Source of the DNA: Gammaproteobacteria bacterium
GTDB lineage: Bacteria; Pseudomonadota; Gammaproteobacteria; GCA-002705445; GCA-002716945
Length of the DNA: 64,000 nucleotides
Reading direction: 5' to 3'
NCBI GenBank assembly: GCA_002716945.1
Contig: PBCF01000002.1
Span: 142,404-206,403 of the forward strand
Part shown: piece after piece, positions 20,253 to 30,642 of the stretch
Layout of the letters: the number at the start of each line of letters is the position of its first letter
Numbering within the stretch: position 1 is the stretch's first letter
Notes under the pieces: model-generated
Database searches by the model: none
Seen by the model: the letters and a program-made list of their open reading frames with translations, nothing else
What the model was told of the DNA's origin: nothing
Translations under genes and position numbers: made by a program

Positions 20253-21710
20253 TTACTGATTAGATAATAGAAAATCAGTTAATAATTGTACAGGTCTTCC
20301 AGTTGATCCTTTATTAGGACCTGTATCCCAAGCTGTCCCAGCAATATCTAAATGAGCCCACTTCTGTCCTTCTGTAAATTTTGCCAGAAAAGCAGCTGCT
20401 GTTATAGCACCTCCATATCGACCCCCAATATTCTGTATATCGGCGAAGTTAGTTTTCAGCTCATCAAAATATTCTTTATATAATGGTAGTTGCCATACCC
20501 TATCTCCAGTTTTATCACCAGAATTTTTTAACAAATCTGCAAGTTTTTGATCATTTGAGAATAAGCCGCTCGGATATTTACCCAATGCAACTAAACAAGC
20601 TCCTGTTAAGGTTGCCAAATCAATCATATATCGTGGATTAAATTTTTTTGCATAAGTTAATGCGTCGCATAATACTAACCGTCCCTCCGCGTCAGTATTA
20701 AGAATCTCAATAGATATTCCTTCCATACTTTTTACAACATCACCTGGTCGAGTTGCACTACTGCTAGGCATATTTTCTGCACATGCAAGAATTCCTATCA
20801 CGTTGGTTTTGATTTTCATTTCTGCACAAGCTTGTAATGTACCAAGCACGGCTGCTGCACCAGACATATCAAATTTCATTTCATCCATTGCGCCTGAAGG
20901 TTTGATAGATATTCCTCCGGTATCAAAAGTAATTCCTTTACCTACTAAAATTATTGGTTTTTTATTTTTAATAGGTAAATATTTAATTGTAACCAATTTC
21001 GCTGGCTCCTTACTCCCACGTGAAACAGATAATAGAGACCCCATTTTTAATGATTCCATTTTTTTCTCATCTAATATTTCAACATTCAGAGATCTATATT
21101 TTTTTTGTAATTGTTTCGCTTGATCGCTAAGGTATGTAGGTGTACAAATATTTGGCGGAGTATTACCTAAATCTTTAGCTTTATTAATTCCATTGGAAAT
21201 TGAAGTAGAAATTTTAACTGTCTCTTTAAATTTGGCACTAACAGATTTATCTGCAGTTTTTAAATAACATGTATTTAGCTTACTTAAATTAGATGTCTTA
21301 TTTTTTTTATATTTATATAAAGCAGTTTCAATAGCTATAATTATATTTTTGATTGCTGGTTCTTTGCCTTGTAATACTAAATTGTCAACTTCTAGACAGA
21401 TAGAAGTGGCATTAGTTTTAATGAGACTCTTTATAACATATGTTAGAGATTTTTGAAGCGAAATTGGATCAAAGTCTTGTTTTGAACCAAGACCAAATAA
21501 TACTAATTTATTTTTTTTTGAATTTCCATGAAATATCTGATATTCGCCTAATGCGCCAGTTATTTCTTTATTATTAAGGCTTTCTTTAATGTTATTTTGT
21601 ATAGCAGTATCATCTATATTTTTGATCAATTTTTTTCCGGAAAACATTCCTAGTATGTGATAATTAACATCTGATTTTTGATTTAATTTATTAATTGTAA
21701 AATATTTCAT
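20253..21710 (-). CDS. pepA: Leucyl aminopeptidase
   Basis: GKGITFDTGG, MKFDM, NTDAEGRL. Confidence 0.96.
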   Translation of the reverse strand: MKYFTINKLNQKSDVNYHILGMFSGKKLIKNIDDTAIQNNIKESLNNKEITGALGEYQIFHGNSKKNKLVLFGLGSKQDFDPISLQKSLTYVIKSLIKTNATSICLEVDNLVLQGKEPAIKNIIIAIETALYKYKKNKTSNLSKLNTCYLKTADKSVSAKFKETVKISTSISNGINKAKDLGNTPPNICTPTYLSDQAKQLQKKYRSLNVEILDEKKMESLKMGSLLSVSRGSKEPAKLVTIKYLPIKNKKPIILVGKGITFDTGGISIKPSGAMDEMKFDMSGAAAVLGTLQACAEMKIKTNVIGILACAENMPSSSATRPGDVVKSMEGISIEILNTDAEGRLVLCDALTYAKKFNPRYMIDLATLTGACLVALGKYPSGLFSNDQKLADLLKNSGDKTGDRVWQLPLYKEYFDELKTNFADIQNIGGRYGGAITAAAFLAKFTEGQKWAHLDIAGTAWDTGPNKGSTGRPVQLLTDFLLSNQ

Positions 21711-21801
21711 ATTATTTGCCTTTTAAATAAATACATAAAGTATCATATTAGATTAACATTTTTTGTAAAAACTTGTAGAATTTAGATAAAATATACAAAT
21801 T

Positions 21802-22881
21802 ATGCTCAAAACCAAAACTCTCAATAAATATATATTAGTTGAAACTGCTTACTCTGTTATTACTGTTTTCATAATATTTCTGATTATATTATCATCAAAC
21901 ACTATGATGAGGCTAATTGAAGAGGCATCAGTGGGAAATTTTCCAACTTATTTGCTTTTACCAACAATAATCATAAAGATTACCCAATATTCTATTTATA
22001 TTATACCAGTAAGCCTTTTTTTTGGAATAATCCTCTCATTGGGAAAATTATATAATAATAATGAAATGGCTGTCATTTTTTCCTCTGGGGTATCACCTAA
22101 TGACATAGCAAGAATTTTAGCATCCGTTATTTTGCCCGTAAGTCTGATAGTTGCATTATTTACATTATATTTGACGCCCATTGCATCAGAATATCGTTAT
22201 AAGCTTGAACACAGATTAAAAAACGAGGAAAGAGTCGATAATATAAAACCTGGAAAATTTAACACTTCAGCAAGTGGTACATCAACTTTTTTTGTTGAAA
22301 AATTAACTAATAATTTAATGGAAGGTGTGTTTATTAATTTGATAAAAGATCAATATACACAAGAAACTGTTGAAACTTCAAAAACAGCAAAATATTCAAT
22401 TGATAACAAAGATAGAAAATTCATCGTATTAAATAATGGGTCTATTCATGAGATGGTAGGTAATAATGAAATTAGAATTACAAGATACCGAGAACATGCA
22501 ATTCAACTATCACAAGAATTGCCAGATTATATTAATAGCAGATCTATAGCTAAAAGTACTTATAATTTATTTTTCAGTACAAGGATTGAAGATAAAGCTG
22601 AATTGCAAGCAAGACTCTTCCTACCTCTTGCCGCAATGATTTTAGGCTTTATAGCTATACCACTTAGTTATTCTGCACCTAAAAAAGGAAAATACGATAA
22701 AATATTTCTGGCAGCTATCTTTTATTTTCTTTATTTTGTTAGTATTTCTATAGCAAAGAAGATGTATATACTTGGTTATACTCCGTCAATTTTTGGAATA
22801 TGGTGGATACATATAATAGTATTATTATTACTTCTATATTTTTACAATCTTGATGAAAATAAAATACCTATTCGCAATTAA
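21802..22881 (+). CDS. lptF: LPS export ABC transporter permease LptF
   Basis: YjgP/Q architecture (3 TM, periplasmic domain, 3 TM); divergent from pepA. Confidence 0.9.
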   Translation: MLKTKTLNKYILVETAYSVITVFIIFLIILSSNTMMRLIEEASVGNFPTYLLLPTIIIKITQYSIYIIPVSLFFGIILSLGKLYNNNEMAVIFSSGVSPNDIARILASVILPVSLIVALFTLYLTPIASEYRYKLEHRLKNEERVDNIKPGKFNTSASGTSTFFVEKLTNNLMEGVFINLIKDQYTQETVETSKTAKYSIDNKDRKFIVLNNGSIHEMVGNNEIRITRYREHAIQLSQELPDYINSRSIAKSTYNLFFSTRIEDKAELQARLFLPLAAMILGFIAIPLSYSAPKKGKYDKIFLAAIFYFLYFVSISIAKKMYILGYTPSIFGIWWIHIIVLLLLLYFYNLDENKIPIRN

Positions 22882-23958
22882 ATGAAAATTTTATATTTAT
22901 ATTTATTTAAAAGATTAATGTATGGTTTTGCATTAAGTTTATTAGTATTACTATCAATTGAAACTTTTTTATCAATTACTACAGAATCTGAAGATTTAAA
23001 TGTTGGTAATTATTCATTTTATATTATGTTAAAATATATTATATATACTATCCCTAAAAGTATATTTGAACTTTTTCCATATGCTATATTGATTGGTACG
23101 ATGCTATCATTGGGTACTATGGCAGCAGATAGAGAATTTATTGCGATACATACGGCTGGCATTTCTGTCAAAAAAATTATACAAATTATTTTATTTCAGG
23201 TCTTTTTTATATCACTAATATTTTATATTTTAAGTGATTTTATAGTTCCTAAATATACACAACATGCTGAATTTATAAAGAATTCTGCTATTAACAAAAC
23301 ATTAATACATAATCCTAATGGTACCTGGTTTAAGGACGAAAATAAATTTATCACTATTAAACAAATATATTCTAGAAATAGATTAGAAGATATCACAATT
23401 TATTATTATGATGATGCATATAAATTATTAAAAACTGAAGTAGTTCAGAATGCTAACTTTGAAAATAATAAATGGAAATTAACCAATATAACTGAAACAA
23501 ATCTTTTAACTCAACCAATACAAATTCAAGTTTATGATCAAATAATTAAAGATGATTTCATCGATCAAAAGTTGATTCGAATTAGAGTTTCTGATCCTGT
23601 TAATATTTCTTTTCTTGATGTTTTAGAGAATTTAAATTATCTGAAAAGTAATAATCTAGATGACAGTGAACAAAAAATGATTTTTTGGGAAAAACTATTT
23701 AAACCTATTTCTACAATAATCATGTTATTTCTAGCCATGCCATTTTTATTTGGAAAATATAGAGATGCAACATTGGGTAAAAGGATTGTTATTGGATTAT
23801 TTATAGGGATAATTTTTTTCGTGGTTTCATCAATTTTACCTAATTTGGCTAATGTTATTGGATTTACCCCATTCATAAATGTACTTTTACCAAATGCTTT
23901 ATTTATAATTCTTGGACTACATTTGTTCCAAAAACAACTAGAATCAGGTTTACAGTAG
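22882..23958 (+). CDS. lptG: LPS export ABC transporter permease LptG
   Basis: Second YjgP/Q permease, directly after lptF. Confidence 0.9.
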   Translation: MKILYLYLFKRLMYGFALSLLVLLSIETFLSITTESEDLNVGNYSFYIMLKYIIYTIPKSIFELFPYAILIGTMLSLGTMAADREFIAIHTAGISVKKIIQIILFQVFFISLIFYILSDFIVPKYTQHAEFIKNSAINKTLIHNPNGTWFKDENKFITIKQIYSRNRLEDITIYYYDDAYKLLKTEVVQNANFENNKWKLTNITETNLLTQPIQIQVYDQIIKDDFIDQKLIRIRVSDPVNISFLDVLENLNYLKSNNLDDSEQKMIFWEKLFKPISTIIMLFLAMPFLFGKYRDATLGKRIVIGLFIGIIFFVVSSILPNLANVIGFTPFINVLLPNALFIILGLHLFQKQLESGLQ

Positions 23959-24348
23959 ATCTTTTTGAACTAATTGGGTTTTAGATACAATATCTTGTAA
24001 TGATTTTGTATTAATTAACCAAAATAGATGACCTCCTAGCATAGAAATTAATAATCTTATTAGAGCTTGTTTATATGTTATAGCTAAATTATTTACATCT
24101 GAAACGATAAATACTTTCCAAGCTTTCATTCCAAGTGTTTGTTGATGATTTACCCAAAACCATGAATAATATAATACTATAATAAATAATATATAAACCT
24201 TGTATAAGATATTATCAATCACGGCGTTTCCACCTGTAAAAAACAATACTGGAATAGTTACAAAATATAATATTGAAAAGAGGAGAAGAAAATCATAAAA
24301 AATAACTATAATTTTTTTTAATTTTCCAACTTTTTTATATATTGTCAT
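23950..24348 (-). CDS. RDD family membrane protein
   Basis: QTLGMKAW, LQDIVSKT; convergent to lptG as in Pseudomonas/Vibrio. Confidence 0.85.
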   Translation of the reverse strand: MTIYKKVGKLKKIIVIFYDFLLLFSILYFVTIPVLFFTGGNAVIDNILYKVYILFIIVLYYSWFWVNHQQTLGMKAWKVFIVSDVNNLAITYKQALIRLLISMLGGHLFWLINTKSLQDIVSKTQLVQKDLL

Positions 24349-24350
24349 TA

Positions 24351-25607
24351 TTATATAGATGTGGAGAAAGGTATTATTTCAACAATATCTCCCGCATTCA
24401 CTACATCGATATTCTCATCTAATTTTATATAACAGTTTGCTTGTGATAATGATTTTAAAAGATTGGATCCTTGCGAACCAGTTGATTGAACATAAAAGTT
24501 ACCATTTTTCTGATTGAATATAGCTCTTTGAAATTCTACTCTACCTTTCTTTTTTGATAATTTTGACTTTGTTTGAGCTTTAATTGTGAATTTATCTCGA
24601 TGTGACTGCTTCATCATTTTTTTGATAGCAGCAATAACAAATAATTGAAATGTTACCACCACAGAAACTGGATTGCCTGGCAAGCCAAAAAATATGCTAT
24701 TTTTTACTTTACCAAATGCTAGTGGTCTACCAGGTTTAATTGATATTTTCCAAAAATTGATCTTGCCTATTTTATGAAGTATCTCTCGGACGTAATCTGC
24801 ATCACCAACTGAAACACCACCAGTAGTGATAATTAAATTACATTCCTTACTTGCTAATAAAAGTTTTTTTTCTAGATTTATCTTATTATCTTTGACTACT
24901 CCATAATCTTTTATATTAATTGGTAATTGTGATAACAAACCATGTAATACATATCTATTACTGTCATATAATTGTCCATTTTTTAATTTTTTACCCACAG
25001 TAACAAGCTCATCTCCCGTTGACAAAAAACCAATTTTTGGTTTTTTTACTACTTTAATATATTTTTTTCCTACAGATGAAATTATTCCTAAATCTGCATA
25101 ATTTAATCTACGTCCTTTTTGGATAATAGTTTCAGATTTTTTTATATCTTCACCAATATCTCTTATATTTTGATGTAATTTAATATTTTTCGGAAAGGTA
25201 ATTTGATTTTCTATTTTCTTTACCATCTCTTGCATAATTACGGCATTTGCATTATTTGGTATTAAAGCACCAGTCATTACACGAACTGTCTCACCTTTAT
25301 TTAACTTTTTTATATATGGTTTACCAGCATATGAAATGCCTACTTCTTTTAGAATTCTTTGTTTTTTAAAAACTGAATCATTTAGATTAATGGCATAACC
25401 ATCCATTGCTGAATTTTTAAATGATGGTATATTTATTGTGGATTTTATATTTTCTGCCGATATTCTGTTTATAGAATTTTTTAAACTCACAACTTCATTT
25501 GCATGAATTGGTTTTATTAACCTACTTATTCTTTTTAATGCATTTTCAGTTGATATAGCTGATGGGTCAAATTCATTTATACAGGTATTCTTTAGTTTTT
25601 CATTCAT
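24351..25607 (-). CDS. moeA: Molybdopterin molybdotransferase
   Basis: SAMDGYA, STGDEL, TTGGVSVGDAD, KPGRP, GLPGNP. Confidence 0.95.
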   Translation of the reverse strand: MNEKLKNTCINEFDPSAISTENALKRISRLIKPIHANEVVSLKNSINRISAENIKSTINIPSFKNSAMDGYAINLNDSVFKKQRILKEVGISYAGKPYIKKLNKGETVRVMTGALIPNNANAVIMQEMVKKIENQITFPKNIKLHQNIRDIGEDIKKSETIIQKGRRLNYADLGIISSVGKKYIKVVKKPKIGFLSTGDELVTVGKKLKNGQLYDSNRYVLHGLLSQLPINIKDYGVVKDNKINLEKKLLLASKECNLIITTGGVSVGDADYVREILHKIGKINFWKISIKPGRPLAFGKVKNSIFFGLPGNPVSVVVTFQLFVIAAIKKMMKQSHRDKFTIKAQTKSKLSKKKGRVEFQRAIFNQKNGNFYVQSTGSQGSNLLKSLSQANCYIKLDENIDVVNAGDIVEIIPFSTSI

Positions 25608-25682
25608 AATTTGTTTAATTATATACTGAAATTATAGTACAATCTTAAATAAGATAAAATAAAACTGTATCGAAGAAAAATT

Positions 25683-26573
25683 TTGTTAGAAGAAAATATT
25701 ATTGAAGAATATTGTGACACTCTGTGGATGGAAAGAGGTTTATCGCAGAATACTTTAGATTCATATCGCTCTGATCTAAAAAAACTAAATCTATGGCTTA
25801 ATAAATCATCAAAAAGTCTACTTAAATGCGATAGAGGGGATTTAAATATGTTTTTATCACATAAGATGGATGAAGGTAGTTCTGCATCTTCAGTTATTAG
25901 ATTCCTGTCAGTTGTCAAAGGTTTTTTTACTTGGCTTAAAGAAAATAATAAAATAAAAAGCAACCCAACAGATTTGCTTGAATCACCAAAAGTTAGACGA
26001 AATTTACCTATCAATTTAAGTGAGAGAGACGTTACAGAAATTTTGAATGCACCCAATATACAAACTAATCTAGGTATCAGAGATAAGACTATTTTAGAGT
26101 TATTATATGCAACTGGATTAAGAATATCAGAATTAACAAATCTAAAGGTTGATCAAATAAATTTAACTGATGGTTTAGTTAGAGTTATAGGCAAGGGAGA
26201 TAAAGAAAGAATAATTCCTATTGGTGATAGCGCACTAGATTACATTAAAATTTATCTAAATAAATGTAGAGCTCAATTTATAAATTCAAAAAATAATGAA
26301 TATCTATTTTTAAGTAATCAAGGAAAACCTATTTCTAGAAAATCATGTTGGTATATGATTTCTTCTTATGCTAAACAAAAAATACAACAGAAAAAAATTT
26401 CCCCACATTCACTAAGGCACGCTTTTGCATCGCATCTTTTAAATCATGGTGCAGATTTAAGATCTGTCCAAATGCTTCTAGGTCATTCTAGTCTCTCTAC
26501 AACACAAATATATACTCATGTTGCCAAAGAAAGACTCATTAAATTTCACTCAAAACATCACCCAAGAGGATAA
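25683..26573 (+). CDS. xerD: Site-specific tyrosine recombinase XerD
   Basis: LYATGLRISEL, HSLRHAFASHLL, LLGH..LSTTQIY, HHPRG; xerD-dsbC synteny. Confidence 0.95.
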   Translation: MLEENIIEEYCDTLWMERGLSQNTLDSYRSDLKKLNLWLNKSSKSLLKCDRGDLNMFLSHKMDEGSSASSVIRFLSVVKGFFTWLKENNKIKSNPTDLLESPKVRRNLPINLSERDVTEILNAPNIQTNLGIRDKTILELLYATGLRISELTNLKVDQINLTDGLVRVIGKGDKERIIPIGDSALDYIKIYLNKCRAQFINSKNNEYLFLSNQGKPISRKSCWYMISSYAKQKIQQKKISPHSLRHAFASHLLNHGADLRSVQMLLGHSSLSTTQIYTHVAKERLIKFHSKHHPRG

Positions 26574-26578
26574 AATAT

Positions 26579-27289
26579 ATGAACAAAATTATAGCCCTAT
26601 TTATTCTTGTTATTATATCTGGATGTAGTAATTCAGATGATTATTTAAAGCAAGCTAACACAGAAGTCAAAAAAAATTATCCTAATATTGAAATTCAAAA
26701 GATTACAAAAATTGATGATAAGTTGTTTGAAATTGTTATAGCAAATGAAATTTATTATTTAACTTCTGATTTTAAACATTTGATAGCTGGAAATGTTATA
26801 AATATTTCTACTCAAGAAAATTTGACAGAATCTTCATTAAAGAAAAAAAGATTAGTTATCTTAAAAAAACTTGATAGTGATAATATGATTATATTTAAAC
26901 CAAAAAAAGTTAATCATGTATTAACTGTATTTACAGATACTTCTTGTCCTTATTGTCAGAAATTACATGGTGAAGTTAAAGATTTATTAAAAAATAATAT
27001 AGAGATCAGGTATGTTTTATTTTCTAGGAACGGTAATCAGATGGATGCATACAAAGAAATGGTTTCGGCATGGTGTTCTGATGATAGAAAAAATGCACTT
27101 GAGAAATTGTATGATGGTCAACCAATTACGGAAAAGCTAGATTGTACTAACCCTATTATAAAAAATTTTGAAATTGCAAGTAAGTTGTCTATAACTGGAA
27201 CTCCTATGACATTCACAGAAACTGGTGAAATAATACCTGGCTATCAATCATCAGATAAAATTGTTCAATTTATCGAAAATTATAAATAA
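26579..27289 (+). CDS. dsbC: Thiol:disulfide isomerase DsbC
   Basis: FTD.SCPYC, GTP loop; N-terminal signal peptide. Confidence 0.9.
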   Translation: MNKIIALFILVIISGCSNSDDYLKQANTEVKKNYPNIEIQKITKIDDKLFEIVIANEIYYLTSDFKHLIAGNVINISTQENLTESSLKKKRLVILKKLDSDNMIIFKPKKVNHVLTVFTDTSCPYCQKLHGEVKDLLKNNIEIRYVLFSRNGNQMDAYKEMVSAWCSDDRKNALEKLYDGQPITEKLDCTNPIIKNFEIASKLSITGTPMTFTETGEIIPGYQSSDKIVQFIENYK

Positions 27290-28689
27290 GATTTATATTT
27301 TCTTTCTTCTGATTCTAAGTAATTTTCTATTTCAGTTAGATAGTCTTTATCAGATTTTGATTCAACACTATCATATAACTTTTTTAATTCTTTTTTTGCT
27401 TTATCTAGCGTACACCATGGTACATCATCGTCGCAAAATACTTTATTTGCAATGACGCTTCTCATTTCATTTTTCTTATCTTCAGATAATTCATCAGGGT
27501 AATCTGAATACATTATTCTATTAGCAATTTCCTTAGCTCTTCCATCTTCTAATTGTTCAATAATATCTATTTTTATCTTTTTATCTTCGGTTGAATGAAA
27601 CAATTTTTTCTTTGCAACATCGGCATTGGGTGTAAATGCTGCAAATAGCTGTTCTTCAACATAATCTGTTGATTGGTCAACCTGATAATCGTCTTGTTTA
27701 TCAACTAGTGCTTGATTAATATTTAACCTAAAATTATCTAATTCTTTTATTTGCAAAGCTTTTCTTTTATATTCATTTTTATCTTGTATTGAGGTGGTTT
27801 GATTTATTAAATCTCCCTCTCGCAAGAGAATGGGAAAATTATTAGTTTTTAATATATAAATTATTTTTCCTTTAATTAATGATTTAATTTCAGAAGTTTT
27901 GGCATTTGCATATTCTGCTGGATCATGATTTAAACTAAAGAAGGCCAGTTCTTTTGGATTGTTTGGGTTAGCAGAGATAAGTGTAACAGGGACTAATTTA
28001 TCACGATTAAGAACTGCATATAGATAATGGTTTTTATTAATTAATTCCTCTTGTATGATTTCAGGCGATCTAGACAAGAGGCACGAGTCCCATAACTCTT
28101 TATTATTTTGTTTTATTAATTTAGCTACACCAAGTGTAGCTTCTACATCACTTAGTGCATCATGAGCTTTTTTTTGTTCTACATTATTTTTTTTTGCAAT
28201 AAATTCTAACTTTAAAATACTTTTTTCTTTTTTATCTTGAGGGATATCTATAGTATCTAGCTTAAGACAATTTATTACTTCAACTATTTTATATATATCT
28301 GCTCTGCTGTTTTTTATATCACCATTTATCTTAGTATTTGTTAAATAGGGTTCATGCAGAGATTGATAAAAACTAGATCTTAAAAATCTTTCATCAAAAC
28401 TTATACTATTGTAGCCAATAAAAATTGCAGGAGACCATTCAGAAAATTTTTTATAAAATTTTTTCATCATTTCATAAAATGATTGACTGTTAGACAGACC
28501 TGAGATAGGTGCTTTTATGGCTGACAGGGCTCCTGGATTAGCAATCACACCATCTTTCAAACGGCATCTCTCATTAATTACTTCTATAGTATTAAAATCA
28601 TCATCTGTTAATATCGCTGCAAGTTGGATTGGTTGGTCAAAATTTGAATTAAAACCAGTGGTTTCAAAATCATAAAAAACATAATTCAT
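27280..28689 (-). CDS. sbcB: Exodeoxyribonuclease I-like DEDDh exonuclease
   Basis: FYDFETTG, GYNSISFDE, HDALSDVEAT, VEEQL. Confidence 0.8.
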   Translation of the reverse strand: MNYVFYDFETTGFNSNFDQPIQLAAILTDDDFNTIEVINERCRLKDGVIANPGALSAIKAPISGLSNSQSFYEMMKKFYKKFSEWSPAIFIGYNSISFDERFLRSSFYQSLHEPYLTNTKINGDIKNSRADIYKIVEVINCLKLDTIDIPQDKKEKSILKLEFIAKKNNVEQKKAHDALSDVEATLGVAKLIKQNNKELWDSCLLSRSPEIIQEELINKNHYLYAVLNRDKLVPVTLISANPNNPKELAFFSLNHDPAEYANAKTSEIKSLIKGKIIYILKTNNFPILLREGDLINQTTSIQDKNEYKRKALQIKELDNFRLNINQALVDKQDDYQVDQSTDYVEEQLFAAFTPNADVAKKKLFHSTEDKKIKIDIIEQLEDGRAKEIANRIMYSDYPDELSEDKKNEMRSVIANKVFCDDDVPWCTLDKAKKELKKLYDSVESKSDKDYLTEIENYLESEERKYKSYL

Positions 28690-28740
28690 TTATATTCCTT
28701 GTCTTATATAGTAATATATTCGTAATTATAACAAATCATA

Positions 28741-30639
28741 GTGAAAAAAAAATATACATCCTCTGACATAGAAGTTTTAAAAGGTATTGAGCCAGTTCAA
28801 AAGAGACCTGGAATGTATACTGATACAACAAATCCAAACCACTTAGTACAAGAACTTATAGACAATAGTGTTGATGAAGCTATCTCTGGATTTTGTTCTC
28901 TCATTACCATTACCCTCAAAGAAAATGGATACATTATTGTCGAAGATAATGGAAGAGGGATGCCTACAGACATTCATCCTGATCATAAAGTCTCTGGAGT
29001 AGAAGTTATTATGACAAATTTACATTCCGGAGCAAAATTTACAGAAAAAAATTACCGTTTTTCTTGAGGACTCCATGGTGTTGGAGTTTCTGTAGTTAAT
29101 GCATTGTCTGAGAATCTAGAAGTTCATGTCGAAAGAAATGGGGATGACAAAAAATATCAAATGTCTTTCAAAAACGGAACTATGAAAGGAAAACTTAAAA
29201 TTACAGGAAAGAGCCTCAAAACAAGGCATGGTACTTGTGTTGCATTCAAGCCAAATGAGAAGTATTTTGAAACCTTATCATTAAATATAAAAGAACTTCA
29301 ACATCTAATAAAAGCTAAGTCAATACTACAACCAGGATTAAAACTGATTTTAATAGATAAACTATATAATAATATAACAACAGAATATTTACATGATGGT
29401 GGCTTAGATAAATATATACTTAGCCAATATGATAATGAAGAAGAAATTTTACCGAAAGAGACACATTTTGGAAATATAGAACAAGACTCGTATTCACTAG
29501 ATTGGAGTATTCTTTGGCTACTAGAATCTTTTGAATGTGTGCAAGAAAGTTATGTTAATTTGATACCTACTTCACAGGGAGGGACCCATGTTAACTCTTT
29601 TAGGTTAGGGATCATCGATGCACTTAGAGAATTCTCTGATAGACATAAACTGTTACCAAAAAATGTCAAACTTGTTCCTGAAGATATATGGAAAAATGTA
29701 TCATTCGTAATATCTTTAAGAATGAGCAACCCCCAATTTGCAGGACAAACCAAGAATAAATTACAATCAAATTCATCAATTTCTAATCTTTCACTTCAAA
29801 TCAAAGATAGATTTGAACTTTGGTTAAATAAACATAGAGAAACAGGTGAAAAATTAGTTGAATTAGCAATTCAGAATGCCCAAAAAAGAATACTAATGAA
29901 TAACTCTGCAACTAAGAAAACAAGCAGACAAAGTATTTTGCCAAGCCGCTTATCAGACTGTTCTAGTAAAGATGTAAAAATTACTGAATTATTTTTAGTA
30001 GAGGGAGATTCTGCAGGAGGGTCAGCCAAACAAGCTAGAGATAGAACTCATCAGGCTATTTTGCCTTTAAGAGGCAAAATATTAAACACTTGGGAATTAT
30101 CGTCATCTAGAATTTTGGAATCCAAGGAAGTTAAAGATATTAGTTTATGTATTGGCGTTGAACCAGGATCACATGATATCAGTAATTTACGATACAACAA
30201 GATTTGTATTTTATCGGATGCTGATTCTGATGGAATGCATATTGCTACATTATTAACAGCATTATTTTTAAAACATTTTAAAGAGTTAGTGAGTGCTGGG
30301 CATATATATGTTGCTAAACCACCTTTATATAGGATTGATATAAAAAAAGACACTTATTATGTTGTGAATGATAATGAAAAAGATAAGTTATTAAAGAAAT
30401 TAAAATTTAAGGAAGACGATGTTGGAGTTTCAGTTACTAGATTTAAAGGCTTGGGTGAAATGAATCCTGAACAGTTAAGAGAAACAACTCTCTCAAAGAA
30501 CACACGAAAATTAATTAAATTAACTATGACTAATAATAATAAAGATTCTTCTATGGTTGATATGCTATTATCTAAGAAAAAAGCATCTGAAAGAAAAGAT
30601 TGGTTAGAGTCAAAAGGCAACATAGCTCAGATTGATTAG
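28741..30639 (+). CDS. parE: DNA topoisomerase IV subunit B, interrupted by one in-frame TGA (29065-29067)
   Basis: The ORFs 28741-29067 and 29104-30639 are one frame of 632 sense-length codons. Motifs: KRPGMY, ELIDNSVDE, S*GLHGVG, VEGDSAGG, DADSDG. Confidence 0.93.
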
Positions 30640-30642
30640 CAT

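Noticed and set aside
25683..26573. Phage or island integrase
   Set aside because: It is housekeeping XerD (HHPRG end, xerD-dsbC synteny); no att repeats or cargo were seen.
29065..29067. Genome-wide TGA=Gly recoding (genetic code 25) or TGA=Trp (code 4)
   Set aside because: TGA is the normal stop of guaB, trpB, trpA, gyrA, pheA, aroA and cvpA, often in ATGA overlaps. No other gene in the window is interrupted, and Trp uses TGG.
29065..29089. Selenocysteine codon with SECIS
   Set aside because: The position is a structural Gly, not a Cys-equivalent. The hairpin loop is only about 8 nt from UGA, closer than in typical bacterial SECIS elements.
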